Of a stretch of DNA of 30,802 bases, positions 1 to 10,251 are shown piece by piece. A program made the translations under genes and the position numbers. This DNA is from a virus (taxonomy: Duplodnaviria; Caudoviricetes), in the IMG/VR virus record IMGVR_UViG_3300020464_000016, positions 1-30,802 of that record; one strand, given 5' to 3'. Numbering within the stretch: position 1 is the first letter of the stretch; each line of letters starts with the position of its first letter. The notes below the pieces were generated by a model. The model worked only from the letters and a program-made list of their open reading frames with translations. It did no database searches and was not told the DNA's origin.

Positions 1-1326
1 TTTATCAATGTCCTTCCACTTCGTCTTGCCAAGATCATAATGACCGGCTTCCGATAGCGTTTCTTTAACATTGTTGAGTAGGGTGCGGCGGGTGAGATTT
101 TCAACATTGATACCAGTACGTAAAGCAGTTTCGCTAATCATGTTGCGAAGTCTACCGTGAACGGTACCCTCGTTTTTAACAATACGTGCTTGGTCAGCAG
201 CAGCTCCAGCAGCTCCGAGATCGTCTACTGTAAGTGCAGCTTCTTCATGCATATTGAATGCTTCACGATGAGTACCCAACATGGGCTCATCCAGACTTGG
301 TTGTACAGTGCGGCTATAGGCAGCCATCTCATCCAAATCGTCGGCACGCAGCAGCATGGCTCGCTCATAGCTTTCACGAGCGATCTCTGCGGCGTCTAGC
401 AGGTCATCCCCGGACTGCGAAGCTTCCATCATACCCATTGCCTCAAGCTCCAACGTTTCACGCGTTGCAGCCTCGTCTAGGCGCTTCTGAAAGGCTTCAC
501 CCTGGGCATCCTTTCCAATAAACTGCAGCGCTTCATCTTTACGCTTGAGAGCGTGGAAGAATTTAGCAGCAGCTGGTAGGAATTCAGCAACGGCATTGAA
601 GGTCATCCCCTCTAGCACGTTCTTCTTTTGTCTAATATCAGCACTATCTGACGGTAAAGTTTCCAGGTGTTCTGGAATCATAAACTTAAACCGTTCAGGT
701 AGTTGAGACTTAAGCCATGTAGCAAAGGTATCGTCTTCTTGGTTAACTTTGTGAATGTTATCTACAGCTCCACCGGCACCAAATGTGATACCTAAAAGTG
801 CAAATTTCTCAAACAACTTGTCAGCACCAAGGCGAGACAAATACTTAGCAGGTACATTTCCTCTACCAGCAGCACGTAGCATAGCGCTTTGTGCTCCCAT
901 ACCGCCAACCTGAGTAAGACCACCTAACCAAATAGAAGGTAGGATAAGACCACTTAAGTTTCGGATAGCTTGGAAAGCTTCGTTTTCAAACTCTGGTGGC
1001 TTAGGAATGTCAATCGAACCTTTAGATAGAGCATATAAAGCATCAATACCAAAGTCAACTGGACCAAGAGGTACTGCTGCAGCACCTTCCGCTTCGCCCA
1101 TGATAACGGCGTCTTGCTCTTCACTGAACCCAACAGACCTGACACCTGCAAATGCAGCTGGGTCAATTTGAGGTTTCTCTCCTCCAAAACGATCCTCCTT
1201 AGATTCTACTTGTTCTACTTGGGGAGCAGGAGGAAGTTCTGGTTGTTCTTCAGGTAACTCAGGTGTTACCGGGTTTATAATCGATTGCTGTTCCGCATTC
1301 GACATTTCTAAATTTAGTTCTTCCAT
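1..1326 (-). CDS. gp16: Internal virion (ejectosome) protein D, gp16-like; N-terminal part only, runs off the window
   Basis: Not in the ORF track because it has no stop. ATG at 1326 overlaps the gp15 stop (TGATG). Reads MEELNLEMSNAEQQ...DIPKPPEFENEAFQAIRNLSGLILPS. Position after gp14/gp15 fits T7 synteny. Confidence 0.75.
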   Translation of the reverse strand, partial: MEELNLEMSNAEQQSIINPVTPELPEEQPELPPAPQVEQVESKEDRFGGEKPQIDPAAFAGVRSVGFSEEQDAVIMGEAEGAAAVPLGPVDFGIDALYALSKGSIDIPKPPEFENEAFQAIRNLSGLILPSIWLGGLTQVGGMGAQSAMLRAAGRGNVPAKYLSRLGADKLFEKFALLGITFGAGGAVDNIHKVNQEDDTFATWLKSQLPERFKFMIPEHLETLPSDSADIRQKKNVLEGMTFNAVAEFLPAAAKFFHALKRKDEALQFIGKDAQGEAFQKRLDEAATRETLELEAMGMMEASQSGDDLLDAAEIARESYERAMLLRADDLDEMAAYSRTVQPSLDEPMLGTHREAFNMHEEAALTVDDLGAAGAAADQARIVKNEGTVHGRLRNMISETALRTGINVENLTRRTLLNNVKETLSEAGHYDLGKTKWKDIDK

Positions 1327-3815
1327 CATAGTAGTTCTCCTCCTTTAGCTTCAATAGCAGCTCGTACAGCATCTTCACCGAATTTCCGAATCATTAACTG
1401 TACAGCAGCAAGGAATTTCTCTTGATCGTAAGCCTCGGGAGTTTGGAAGAATGATTCTAATGCCATTGGTGCGTCCGGTTGTCCTAGCCATTCAGCCATT
1501 GAACCTTCTGGACCACCAGTAGCTCCATCTATTGTAGCTTGATCTGTTCCATCAGTAACTGTTTGTGGTGCGGTGTAGTAACCAGCAGCTCGCTCACGTC
1601 CCTTAGTACTTTGAATGTTACCCATCCTTGTCAGAACAGCTTGATCAGCTGCAAAGGTGTTGTTAGGGTTAACTGTAGCAATCTGTTCGATAGGTTGTAC
1701 TAAACCAGTAGACTTAGCAATATGATCGTAAACTTGCAAGATTGTAACGGTTTTACCATTCTGCCTGGGGAGAATAGAAGCCACCAAATCGAGACCAGTA
1801 CCATCAGGAATCTTTGCACCTCTTATTAATGCCTGTTCAGCTTGTTGTAGTGCTTCAACAGAAGTCCACTTTTGCCATTCACCCTCTTTAAACAATACAC
1901 CCCAGTTACCAGCTTTAGCAGCTTTAACTTTAAGGTCATGTTTTTGACGTTGAAGACGTGCCCACGGAGTTACAGTAGGTCCAATTGTGTAGTTACTAGA
2001 CAGCACTTCACCAGATTCACCAGTCAATTTAAAGGCATTTGGAAACTTGTCAGCTTCATCCATACCAGACTGATTCCAATAAAACACGCTGTTTTGACTC
2101 TTAGCACCAGAGGTTATAAGATCCATGGTGAGTTGAGCAGCTTGTTTTGGGTTGTTTGGGCTTTTAGGATTATCTTGCTCTAAAATTTTAAGCTGTTCAT
2201 AGTAAATCTTCTCTGCTTCGCCAGCAAGAATGTCACCAGTAGCTGATTCTGATTTACCAAGCATGTTTAGTTTCAAAGCCAAACCGTTGCCATCACCTGG
2301 GTTAGTACCAGAATTAAGGAACGTTTTAACAGAAGTCAGTGCTTCTTTAGAACCAGCTAGTTTTCTTAGTGTATTGTTACCCGTAGGACCATCGAGAAGA
2401 TCTTTAACTTGTGAGTAAGCTTGTGGAGATACAGTTAGTGGATCAATTGGGTGACCATTTGCAGCCCTCATTCGTAGAGTTTGAACCTCACGGTCAATAG
2501 CAATGTCATCCATTGAGTTACCATTTGACCACCGATCCAACAATCGAATGTATTTATGGGTTGGTTTCATACCACGGTCCTCAGCATCTTGCTTTAAAGC
2601 CGTCAAAGTAGCTTCACTGGGTATGTCACCGGTCCCGTCAGACGGGTAGATTTGCAGGAATTCCGCATGTTTAACATCACCTTCACGGGCTATATCAAAC
2701 TCACTTATGGAAACTTGCTGCTTATTGTACTCACGCATCCCTTTCCAGAGTTTATCGAACACCCAACCCTTTTCTTTGGGATCGCTGAGTAATCGATTGG
2801 GATCTTGAATACCCATCTCTTGCTCCATTTTAAGCAAGACGTCTTCAGGAATACCTCCTTCTTTAATGCGTTGGTAGAGATCATTAGTTAGTTTTTCCCA
2901 ACCTCGACCTAGACCAATTGCAAAACCAGTTTCTTCGTCAGGTAGTCGTCCATACATCCTAGCGGCTTTAGCTAGCGACATACCTCCAACTGTAGCATTT
3001 AGGATTTGTGACTTTGAAGCCGCACCTTGTTGCTTATTAATTTGGAGATTACGTTTGCTAAGAGCGTCACTTGCATGGGTAGCGATCTTTTGTTTGGCTA
3101 CACTTTGCAGCTCAATTGGCATACGGTCGATACCTGAACGTGAGAGAAAACTCCTAGTGTAGGCATCGATAACAGCAGCAGCTTCCGCTTTAGTGTTTGC
3201 CTGCCGTGGCAGAATAACAGCACCGTTTGGAAGCGTAACCTGTTGATCGCTTTGTAAAAAAGTTTCAAGACCAGATTTAAAACTTTTATCGGATTGTTCT
3301 TGTAAATAGTTAGCAGCCCAGTGTTGTTGTTCTGGATCTAGGTCTTGAAGGCGTGCAATGACTTGATAGTCTTTACCTTCTTTTGCTGCTTTATCAGCAA
3401 GTTTATCGATTGCATCACCGGCATTGCGAAGGTCGGCATAGCCGCCTCCGAATTCCATGGCAAATCGAGCAGCGTCTGCTGCAGCGCTTTGAGCTTCTTT
3501 CCGGCGATCATCAAGTCTTCGCTTTTGAATACCCTCAATGACACTGTTAATTGTGTCAGAGAATGGTGCGAGTTTACTAAGGAAAGTTTCCTCAGGAGTT
3601 TTCGATGCTGCCTCGTTTAACGCTATTTGATTGTCTAAATCCCGTGCTACTTTGTTTAGCTCAAATTGTAGCTGGGATGCTTCCATCTGTACCTTGAACG
3701 GCTGTGCAGCCTGTGCGGACGTGTCCGGCGTTCTGGCACCTTTAGTCGGATTTAGATCATATTGATCTGCTTTATACCCCACCTTAGTGGAGAATATTGT
3801 GTCTTGTTGAGCCAT
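1326..3815 (-). CDS. gp15: Internal virion protein C, gp15-like (829 aa)
   Basis: Large helical Ala/Gln/Glu-rich ORF; size and position match gp15 of T7-like phages (synteny-based). Confidence 0.7.
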   Translation of the reverse strand: MAQQDTIFSTKVGYKADQYDLNPTKGARTPDTSAQAAQPFKVQMEASQLQFELNKVARDLDNQIALNEAASKTPEETFLSKLAPFSDTINSVIEGIQKRRLDDRRKEAQSAAADAARFAMEFGGGYADLRNAGDAIDKLADKAAKEGKDYQVIARLQDLDPEQQHWAANYLQEQSDKSFKSGLETFLQSDQQVTLPNGAVILPRQANTKAEAAAVIDAYTRSFLSRSGIDRMPIELQSVAKQKIATHASDALSKRNLQINKQQGAASKSQILNATVGGMSLAKAARMYGRLPDEETGFAIGLGRGWEKLTNDLYQRIKEGGIPEDVLLKMEQEMGIQDPNRLLSDPKEKGWVFDKLWKGMREYNKQQVSISEFDIAREGDVKHAEFLQIYPSDGTGDIPSEATLTALKQDAEDRGMKPTHKYIRLLDRWSNGNSMDDIAIDREVQTLRMRAANGHPIDPLTVSPQAYSQVKDLLDGPTGNNTLRKLAGSKEALTSVKTFLNSGTNPGDGNGLALKLNMLGKSESATGDILAGEAEKIYYEQLKILEQDNPKSPNNPKQAAQLTMDLITSGAKSQNSVFYWNQSGMDEADKFPNAFKLTGESGEVLSSNYTIGPTVTPWARLQRQKHDLKVKAAKAGNWGVLFKEGEWQKWTSVEALQQAEQALIRGAKIPDGTGLDLVASILPRQNGKTVTILQVYDHIAKSTGLVQPIEQIATVNPNNTFAADQAVLTRMGNIQSTKGRERAAGYYTAPQTVTDGTDQATIDGATGGPEGSMAEWLGQPDAPMALESFFQTPEAYDQEKFLAAVQLMIRKFGEDAVRAAIEAKGGELL

Positions 3816-3819
3816 TCAG

Positions 3820-4674
3820 TTAATCTAATAAACTGCTGTGTGCGGAGCTACCAGGTGTAGGTGGTCCTTGATAACCAGCAACTTCATTCCCAGGATTGGA
3901 TATATTCCCAAAACCGTCTGTAACGTCTTCAGTTATTTGCTGACCCCCGAATACATTTTTCATGAGGTATGGAGTCGCCGTAGCAACACCCGCTTTAAGG
4001 AGGTCTGGTGCAATATCTTTGAAGCCCAAACGGTTGGCCTTCAGATGGCTTGGAGTTTTATAGCTGGGTAGAGCACCCATCCTAGGATACGGTCTAAGGG
4101 TTGGTTTATCTTTGACTGCTGCATACCATGCATCACGTTGAGCATTTCCAACATACTCAATCTTCTCGATAGTACGCACTACTTGTCCAAGATCATTTAA
4201 CGCACCCGTACGTGTTCGTCTCCTAGCGTCTAAAAATCCTCCTTCCATATTCTTCATTTCAGCCAGCTTAGCTGAGGCACTGTTGATACCCTTTGCGGCT
4301 AACGTACCAGATTGCTGTACGTAGTTTTTAAGGAGATCAATGTTCTCCTCCATAAACTCTGCAACCTCGCCGTTAGCCTGCATCTGGGCATCATTGTAAG
4401 CTCTTGTTTCCTCATCAGCTAGCTGAGCTACGTTCGTGTTGTATTGATTAACACGTGCGTTATGCTGTGCAACAAGAGCTTGGTTGTAGAAATGAACTTG
4501 CTCAGTTGCCTGATTAAATTCATCAAGATACTTACCACGCTCTTGTTGAAATTTTAATTTATCCATACGACGCAGCGATTCCTTTTGCCGGTTCGCCTTG
4601 TCGTTATTCATGGCCCGGTTAAAAATACTGGACCCTGCTTGCAGTGCAAATGTAGCCAGAAGATTCCAGGCCAT
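3820..4674 (-). CDS. gp14: Internal virion protein B, gp14-like (284 aa)
   Basis: Hydrophobic/Gly N-terminus followed by an Asn/Gln-rich coiled coil and an 'SGTLAAKGINSASA' segment; directly follows tail tubular B (TAATG overlap). Confidence 0.65.
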   Translation of the reverse strand: MAWNLLATFALQAGSSIFNRAMNNDKANRQKESLRRMDKLKFQQERGKYLDEFNQATEQVHFYNQALVAQHNARVNQYNTNVAQLADEETRAYNDAQMQANGEVAEFMEENIDLLKNYVQQSGTLAAKGINSASAKLAEMKNMEGGFLDARRRTRTGALNDLGQVVRTIEKIEYVGNAQRDAWYAAVKDKPTLRPYPRMGALPSYKTPSHLKANRLGFKDIAPDLLKAGVATATPYLMKNVFGGQQITEDVTDGFGNISNPGNEVAGYQGPPTPGSSAHSSLLD

Positions 4675-7600
4675 TAACTCCTCCTATAATAATTAGTCGA
4701 ATAGCGCCCTTCCCAGTTGATCGATTCAATAGTAGTAGGGAATGCTGTATTACTTTGAATAGTAATAGTAGTGTTGTTGTTGCGCTGATAGACAGGAACG
4801 TCATGCACAGCACTCTCGGTCATGTTAGTACTGTTCAGTAGATACTGCTCAGGAGGTGTGACCGATACAGTGCTAGTTCGCACTGGGATACCAATAATTT
4901 TAATCTTATAATCAACCGGACCAGTCAAACCAGTCTTCACACGTAGACGGTGAAGGATCAGGTCAGCATCAATATCAGAGCTGACTTGCTGGTTCTCTGA
5001 TTTCTTGTAATACATTCTCGGTAACTCTACCGACATATCAAACTTATAACCAATAAATACATCAGAGCCTCGCCAATCACCGGAAACTTCGACATAATCG
5101 CCATACGAGTCACTCCCTGTTGTGTATGTCACATTGTCCTCATCGAACACCTGTGACCGGTTTGAGTACATCACAACAACCAATTTAAGGCCTGTGACTT
5201 TAGCAGTAGGTAGGTAAACCTTTGTCTTGTTAACATAGCTACCACCAGCCACTTCCGTGTAAGTAGTGAATGGGTTGTTTTGGAATACATCCAGGTGAAG
5301 GTCAGTCTTCTTACCACTCTCCAAACTCAACACACCGTCAGTAGAACTTTGAGCAACGTCAAAAGATACAACAACGTGCTCATTGTTATCGGTACGGAGA
5401 ATAGTGTGGTAGGAGTTACCGTCAAAGAATTGATGTTCTAGGTTACCAGGTAGTTTCCATCTATACCAAGCACTACCAATCTCTTGGTCAGCAGCTCTGA
5501 GATAGTTAAAGTGATAAAGATCTTTTGTACCAACCTTACCAAACGACACCAAACCAACGTCAGGAGATCCTACAATAGAGTCTACATCAGTAGGTACCAG
5601 TTCTGGAACTGTCCGTGTCTGTTCAATACTTTGAGGAGGTTCAAGAGCGTTAACTTTTAGCAGCTCAAACATCTTAGTTGTACTTGCTGTCTTAGAGATA
5701 AACGCAGTCGTAGAACCAAGGCTAATAGCTGGGTTGTCCATATCAGCCTCGTAACCAGCCACTTTGTTAATTTTAGCAGTAGTTGGAGATAGGATGTCAG
5801 AGTCAGTTGCCAGCAGGTACTGACCAGTTTTACCGTACAACAGCAAACCAGCAGTCTCCTTACTCACATAGTTAAGGCTAGGACTATCATTGTCAGAAAC
5901 AGAAATATCAATAGGGTCATCGTTACCTGAAGCGACAGCGGATTTAGCGAAGAAGTTAAAGAACTCACCAGCTTTACTCAAGCTTACGTAGTCTTCAGTC
6001 AAGAAACCTAAACGGTTACGGTAGACAAAGATGTCTTTAATGTATCTGTTAATACCACCAGTTGTAGAGATAAAGTGAGGTGTTGGGTTAGTAACCTCAT
6101 CACCTACTAACCTATCTTCCCAGTGTGGCCAAGGAGCGAAGCTGAAACTTCCATTAGGATTGATTGTCAATGCATGAGGCATTGTAGTTTTATCAATCTT
6201 GATAGGAATATTAAAACCAGGAGCTTCAACCCAGGTACCAGCACTGTACTCGTTATCGGTTTCAGTTCTAAATTCTAGATACATGTCATCAGCGTTAACA
6301 TCAGTAGTGTTAACAATTTTAACTTTGTACCCATCTTTAATCTGTGTTGGGAGCTGTGACGCTGAACCTATTTCGTGACGAACTGCTTCAAACGCACCTG
6401 ATTGCGGACTCTCGACTTCAAGTTCAAACTGAACACCAGCAAAGCCTGCTTTGGATTTAATGTAAATACCATTACCAGATTTAATAAAATCAAAGTTACT
6501 GGTAAAGCTACCATAGGCAGACTGGAACGAACTTTCTAACGCCGCTCTCATGGCCTCCACAGTGGCTGTAGAGGTGCTGTAAGTAGCTGTAGCTACAATC
6601 GTACCGTTAGTACCAAAACTACTGTCTACAGTCCGTATATAGTTAAGCTCGTGCGGTTGCAGACCACTTGGGTCATTCTGTAATTTAGTAAGATTAACTT
6701 TGTAGTCACCTGAAGTAAGCACATTAAAGAATAAAAATCCATCTTCAAATGTAGAGACTGGAGTTTTATAAGTAGTGTACGATACCTTTTTAGTAGGGTT
6801 AAGGATAAATGTAGTATCCTGGAAAGTTACAATCTTAAGCTTAGTTAAGTCAACAGTGCCACCATTTAGATCGTCTGCAAAATAATCATTTGCAGGTGCT
6901 ATGCTTGTGTCAAATGTAGGGTAACTACCATCTGTTGTAGTTATTGCGTTATTACGAGCAGTGATTAAACCCTCGTAAGTTGTCTGTTCTGTAGCATAGG
7001 TTCCAGCCTCATAAGTTGCCAAAGCTGAACCATCAGCATCAGTAGCTTTAGTAACTTCAATCAATTCCCAAATTTTAGAATCAGGATCCAACCTATTCAT
7101 CAAGATAGGGTAAGCGTCTGTTTTATCGACACCAATTCTAAAGACTCGATTTGTTGAAGTTTCTGTAAACTCACCAGTACTAGCAGAAATTGGGAATGTA
7201 GTACCACCAGCCAAACTTGGAGGTGAAATGGTTAACGTTGGGTCGCTAATGTAATTACTATCTCCACCTGTAACTGTAATGTTTTGAATCTTACCTTGTG
7301 AAATATCAATAGAAGCTGTAGCTCCTGTACCCCCACCACCGGTAATAGTACCAGTAGCTGTCACATAACCAAGACCAACATTAGTAGTTTCTACAGCAAA
7401 AGTTGGTTTAAGGGTTACAGTTGCAGTTGCCTGTGAGGTTGAGTTACCAGCAGCAATACTAATTGTTGTAGCTAAATTGTTGTTGTAGTTACTACCAGGA
7501 TTAGTTAAATTAATTTTGTTAACCGAATAACCCATTATAACATCAGCTACAGCTGTAGTAATACCTTCATTAAAATAGGTAATCCTATTAGGTGTAGTTA

Positions 7601-9569
7601 ATGTACCAAAGAATGAACTTGGTGTAGTTGGGAAAAAATCCAGGACTGTCCATGGTCCCCCTGGAGGATAGTAGTTTTGTTGATAAAGAGGAAACTGGTC
7701 TGGAACCCTAGAAGAAAGTGCTGTGTTTTCAGTGAAGACTACTTCAGAATCTGTGATGTCAGTTGTAGTAGGAGTCTCGTTTAACAGTGTCAGCGTAGTG
7801 ACAGTAAACTTTTTAGATGTATCCGCTGCAAGAATCCCCGGTGTTTGTGTACTGGTACCTACGGCAATGTAACAATCTGGACCACGTAATTCTGCAGGAA
7901 TATCAAACTCATACTCACTTAGGTAGTATGGTTCATCACTGTTTTTATCAGGGTCGTTTGAAAAGATTTGCCCAATGTGCTGCCAGTCACCTCGGTAACC
8001 AGAACCGGAGTAAAGATCAGGGTGAGCAGAAAGATAATTGCTATCTGGCGGACCATTTGGATCAGTACTACCAGTCCAGCCTGATTCCTGTCCACCGTGA
8101 CCAAACGCAGTTACACCTGCTTTGGCAATATAAACATCAAGTTTCGGGTATCTAGAATTACCATAAGGACCGTCTTTATAGTCATTATACTGACCACCAT
8201 TATAGGTACCTACGCTGTAATGTTTTGTACCATCACCGTAACTATGACTAACACCGTTGTGAGCACTCGCACCTTCAGCAGATGGCCAATTTTTGTTACC
8301 GGTAGCAGCCATGATACGGATTTTACTTTTACCAGTAAGATCCTTTTTATGCAGATAAATACCCTGAATACCAGTACATAAACCAGATCCATCAGAAAAG
8401 ACCATTTGATCTCTTCCGGTATTGTAAAATTCTACATCATTAGTTACTAAAGTAGGGTTGCCATATTCATCAAACCCGTTCTTTTGAAACAGTCTTTGAC
8501 CTTCAAAGGAACCATCATGACCACCATACCCACTTGGATGCTGACCTATATTACAGCCAGTTTCTCGTCGATTATTAGGATCAGCTAGATCAATAAAATC
8601 ACCATCCTCTACAAGTACTTTAACTACTTCCTGTGTGAACCAATTGACAACAGCTGTAGCTTTGTAATCTTTCAGACCACCAGTAAAGCTTACAATTGGG
8701 ATGTCAAAATAATTACCACCAGCGTTGGTTACATTAATAGATTTTAAATCACCAGTTTCATTTAACACAACTTCAGCTGTAGCAGCAGAACCGCTTCCAC
8801 TAATAGTTGCAGCTGGAGGAGTTTCATAACCCGCTCCTGCACTTGTTAAATTGATTTCAGTAATCAGATTATCAGAAAGAGTAATAGAAGCTGTAGCTTG
8901 AATAGAAGGTAGACTACCACTCATCGTACCACCATCTCTGATGTAACTAATGTTACCGTTAGAGTCTTCTAGGATGGCATTGTTGATAAACTGGTAAACC
9001 TCTCCCAAATTATAGGTAGTACTAATATCAAAAATATTATTGAATTGATCGTTAGTAGCTTGATAATTTGTGTAGTAAGTTTTCTGTTCATTCTGGAAAG
9101 TTGTCAGACCAGAAATCTTAGAAGATAAAGCAGAAGCTTCGGAGTTGATGTTGGCAACGTATGTAGCCCAGGAACCACTAGAGATATAAGCTGGGTTGCT
9201 GTAGTAGTCATCGTAACTAACAGCTCTAGGTAGTCCACTTTCCTTGTACCAAAGTTTTAAATTAATATGATGTCCTGTTACACCGGTGTTTGCGTAGTCA
9301 TTGATCTGACCAACATACGGAACACCGTCAATGTTAATGTCGAACCACTTTTCAGTAGCTCCCCATTCTCTTGTGCCTTCAGTTCCTCCTGGGGTAGCTG
9401 CTCCCCTAAGAGAGGATTCCAGCTTAGCGCCAGGACGCTTCATCAGACCCAGAGCATACTCAGGAAATGCGTTAACCATGTCACGCACTTCACCGGGATA
9501 TTTTTTAGCGTCAGGTTGTTGGCTAATGCCTCCCAACAGGTTAGGTATCTTCTGGGTAATTGTTGTCAT
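4674..9569 (-). CDS. gp12: Tail tubular protein B (nozzle) with a large internal insertion (1631 aa)
   Basis: N-terminus 'ITQKIPNLLGGISQQPD...GLMKRPG', internal 'DRLVGDEVTNPTPHF', 'YRNRLGFL', 'DDPIDIS', and C-terminus 'WEGRYSTNYYRR' are typical of T7-like gp12. Confidence 0.92.
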   Translation of the reverse strand: MTTITQKIPNLLGGISQQPDAKKYPGEVRDMVNAFPEYALGLMKRPGAKLESSLRGAATPGGTEGTREWGATEKWFDINIDGVPYVGQINDYANTGVTGHHINLKLWYKESGLPRAVSYDDYYSNPAYISSGSWATYVANINSEASALSSKISGLTTFQNEQKTYYTNYQATNDQFNNIFDISTTYNLGEVYQFINNAILEDSNGNISYIRDGGTMSGSLPSIQATASITLSDNLITEINLTSAGAGYETPPAATISGSGSAATAEVVLNETGDLKSINVTNAGGNYFDIPIVSFTGGLKDYKATAVVNWFTQEVVKVLVEDGDFIDLADPNNRRETGCNIGQHPSGYGGHDGSFEGQRLFQKNGFDEYGNPTLVTNDVEFYNTGRDQMVFSDGSGLCTGIQGIYLHKKDLTGKSKIRIMAATGNKNWPSAEGASAHNGVSHSYGDGTKHYSVGTYNGGQYNDYKDGPYGNSRYPKLDVYIAKAGVTAFGHGGQESGWTGSTDPNGPPDSNYLSAHPDLYSGSGYRGDWQHIGQIFSNDPDKNSDEPYYLSEYEFDIPAELRGPDCYIAVGTSTQTPGILAADTSKKFTVTTLTLLNETPTTTDITDSEVVFTENTALSSRVPDQFPLYQQNYYPPGGPWTVLDFFPTTPSSFFGTLTTPNRITYFNEGITTAVADVIMGYSVNKINLTNPGSNYNNNLATTISIAAGNSTSQATATVTLKPTFAVETTNVGLGYVTATGTITGGGGTGATASIDISQGKIQNITVTGGDSNYISDPTLTISPPSLAGGTTFPISASTGEFTETSTNRVFRIGVDKTDAYPILMNRLDPDSKIWELIEVTKATDADGSALATYEAGTYATEQTTYEGLITARNNAITTTDGSYPTFDTSIAPANDYFADDLNGGTVDLTKLKIVTFQDTTFILNPTKKVSYTTYKTPVSTFEDGFLFFNVLTSGDYKVNLTKLQNDPSGLQPHELNYIRTVDSSFGTNGTIVATATYSTSTATVEAMRAALESSFQSAYGSFTSNFDFIKSGNGIYIKSKAGFAGVQFELEVESPQSGAFEAVRHEIGSASQLPTQIKDGYKVKIVNTTDVNADDMYLEFRTETDNEYSAGTWVEAPGFNIPIKIDKTTMPHALTINPNGSFSFAPWPHWEDRLVGDEVTNPTPHFISTTGGINRYIKDIFVYRNRLGFLTEDYVSLSKAGEFFNFFAKSAVASGNDDPIDISVSDNDSPSLNYVSKETAGLLLYGKTGQYLLATDSDILSPTTAKINKVAGYEADMDNPAISLGSTTAFISKTASTTKMFELLKVNALEPPQSIEQTRTVPELVPTDVDSIVGSPDVGLVSFGKVGTKDLYHFNYLRAADQEIGSAWYRWKLPGNLEHQFFDGNSYHTILRTDNNEHVVVSFDVAQSSTDGVLSLESGKKTDLHLDVFQNNPFTTYTEVAGGSYVNKTKVYLPTAKVTGLKLVVVMYSNRSQVFDEDNVTYTTGSDSYGDYVEVSGDWRGSDVFIGYKFDMSVELPRMYYKKSENQQVSSDIDADLILHRLRVKTGLTGPVDYKIKIIGIPVRTSTVSVTPPEQYLLNSTNMTESAVHDVPVYQRNNNTTITIQSNTAFPTTIESINWEGRYSTNYYRRS

Positions 9570-10180
9570 CGTGCAAGTGCCTGGAAGGGTTTATAGCTGC
9601 TATAAGTATTATAGCCGTCTTTCCAACCAAACATTGAGTAGTCACCTTGTTGGGTTTCATACTCCATCATAGCCTGCTTACTCATCTCTTCATCAATAGA
9701 GAGAAGTCGAACGAGTTCTTGATCGCCAACTAGTTTCAGAGCGATTTGACGTGCAGCTTTTGCTTGAATGTGTGCTTGGAAAGCGTAGGGGAGATCGTTA
9801 AAGTCGTAGTAGTAAACGACATCACAGTAGATGTCTTCTGTAAATTCGTTGGTATGATTATACTTATCATACAGCAAACGTTTCTTTTGGATTAAATTGT
9901 ACGTGTCACGATGCATGTCTCTACTAGCATCGATTTGTAAAATATCAAACTCAAGTGCAATAGTCTTATCAGCACGTGGAGTGAACTTGACACGACGTTC
10001 AGTGTTAAACACCCACCCCTCAGCTTGGAGGTTTCGGCTTACTTCACGCAAAGTCTGCAGTGTTGTGTAAACCTCAGGGTTTTGCATATCCAGCGTAGTG
10101 ACAGGAGCCTGTCCCACGGAGCTTAGTATTTGGTTTACTGCATCCAGTTCTGTGGACACTGCATAGTTAGGATTAGGCAT
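9566..10180 (-). CDS. gp11: Tail tubular protein A (adaptor)
   Basis: 'TELDAVNQILSSVGQAPVTTL', 'QAEGWVFNTE'; lies between capsid and gp12. Confidence 0.93.
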   Translation of the reverse strand: MPNPNYAVSTELDAVNQILSSVGQAPVTTLDMQNPEVYTTLQTLREVSRNLQAEGWVFNTERRVKFTPRADKTIALEFDILQIDASRDMHRDTYNLIQKKRLLYDKYNHTNEFTEDIYCDVVYYYDFNDLPYAFQAHIQAKAARQIALKLVGDQELVRLLSIDEEMSKQAMMEYETQQGDYSMFGWKDGYNTYSSYKPFQALAR

Positions 10181-10197
10181 TGTCTAATTTTGGATAT

Positions 10198-10230
10198 AAA
10201 AAAAGGGAGACCCCAGTTAAGGAGCCTCCC
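10198..10230 (-). terminator. Rho-independent terminator after the major capsid gene (T-phi equivalent)
   Basis: Minus strand GGGAGGCTCC-ttaact-GGGGTCTCCC followed by a T7 run, about 20 nt after the capsid stop. Confidence 0.85.
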
Positions 10231-10251
10231 AAGGAGAAAAAATTAATTTGA

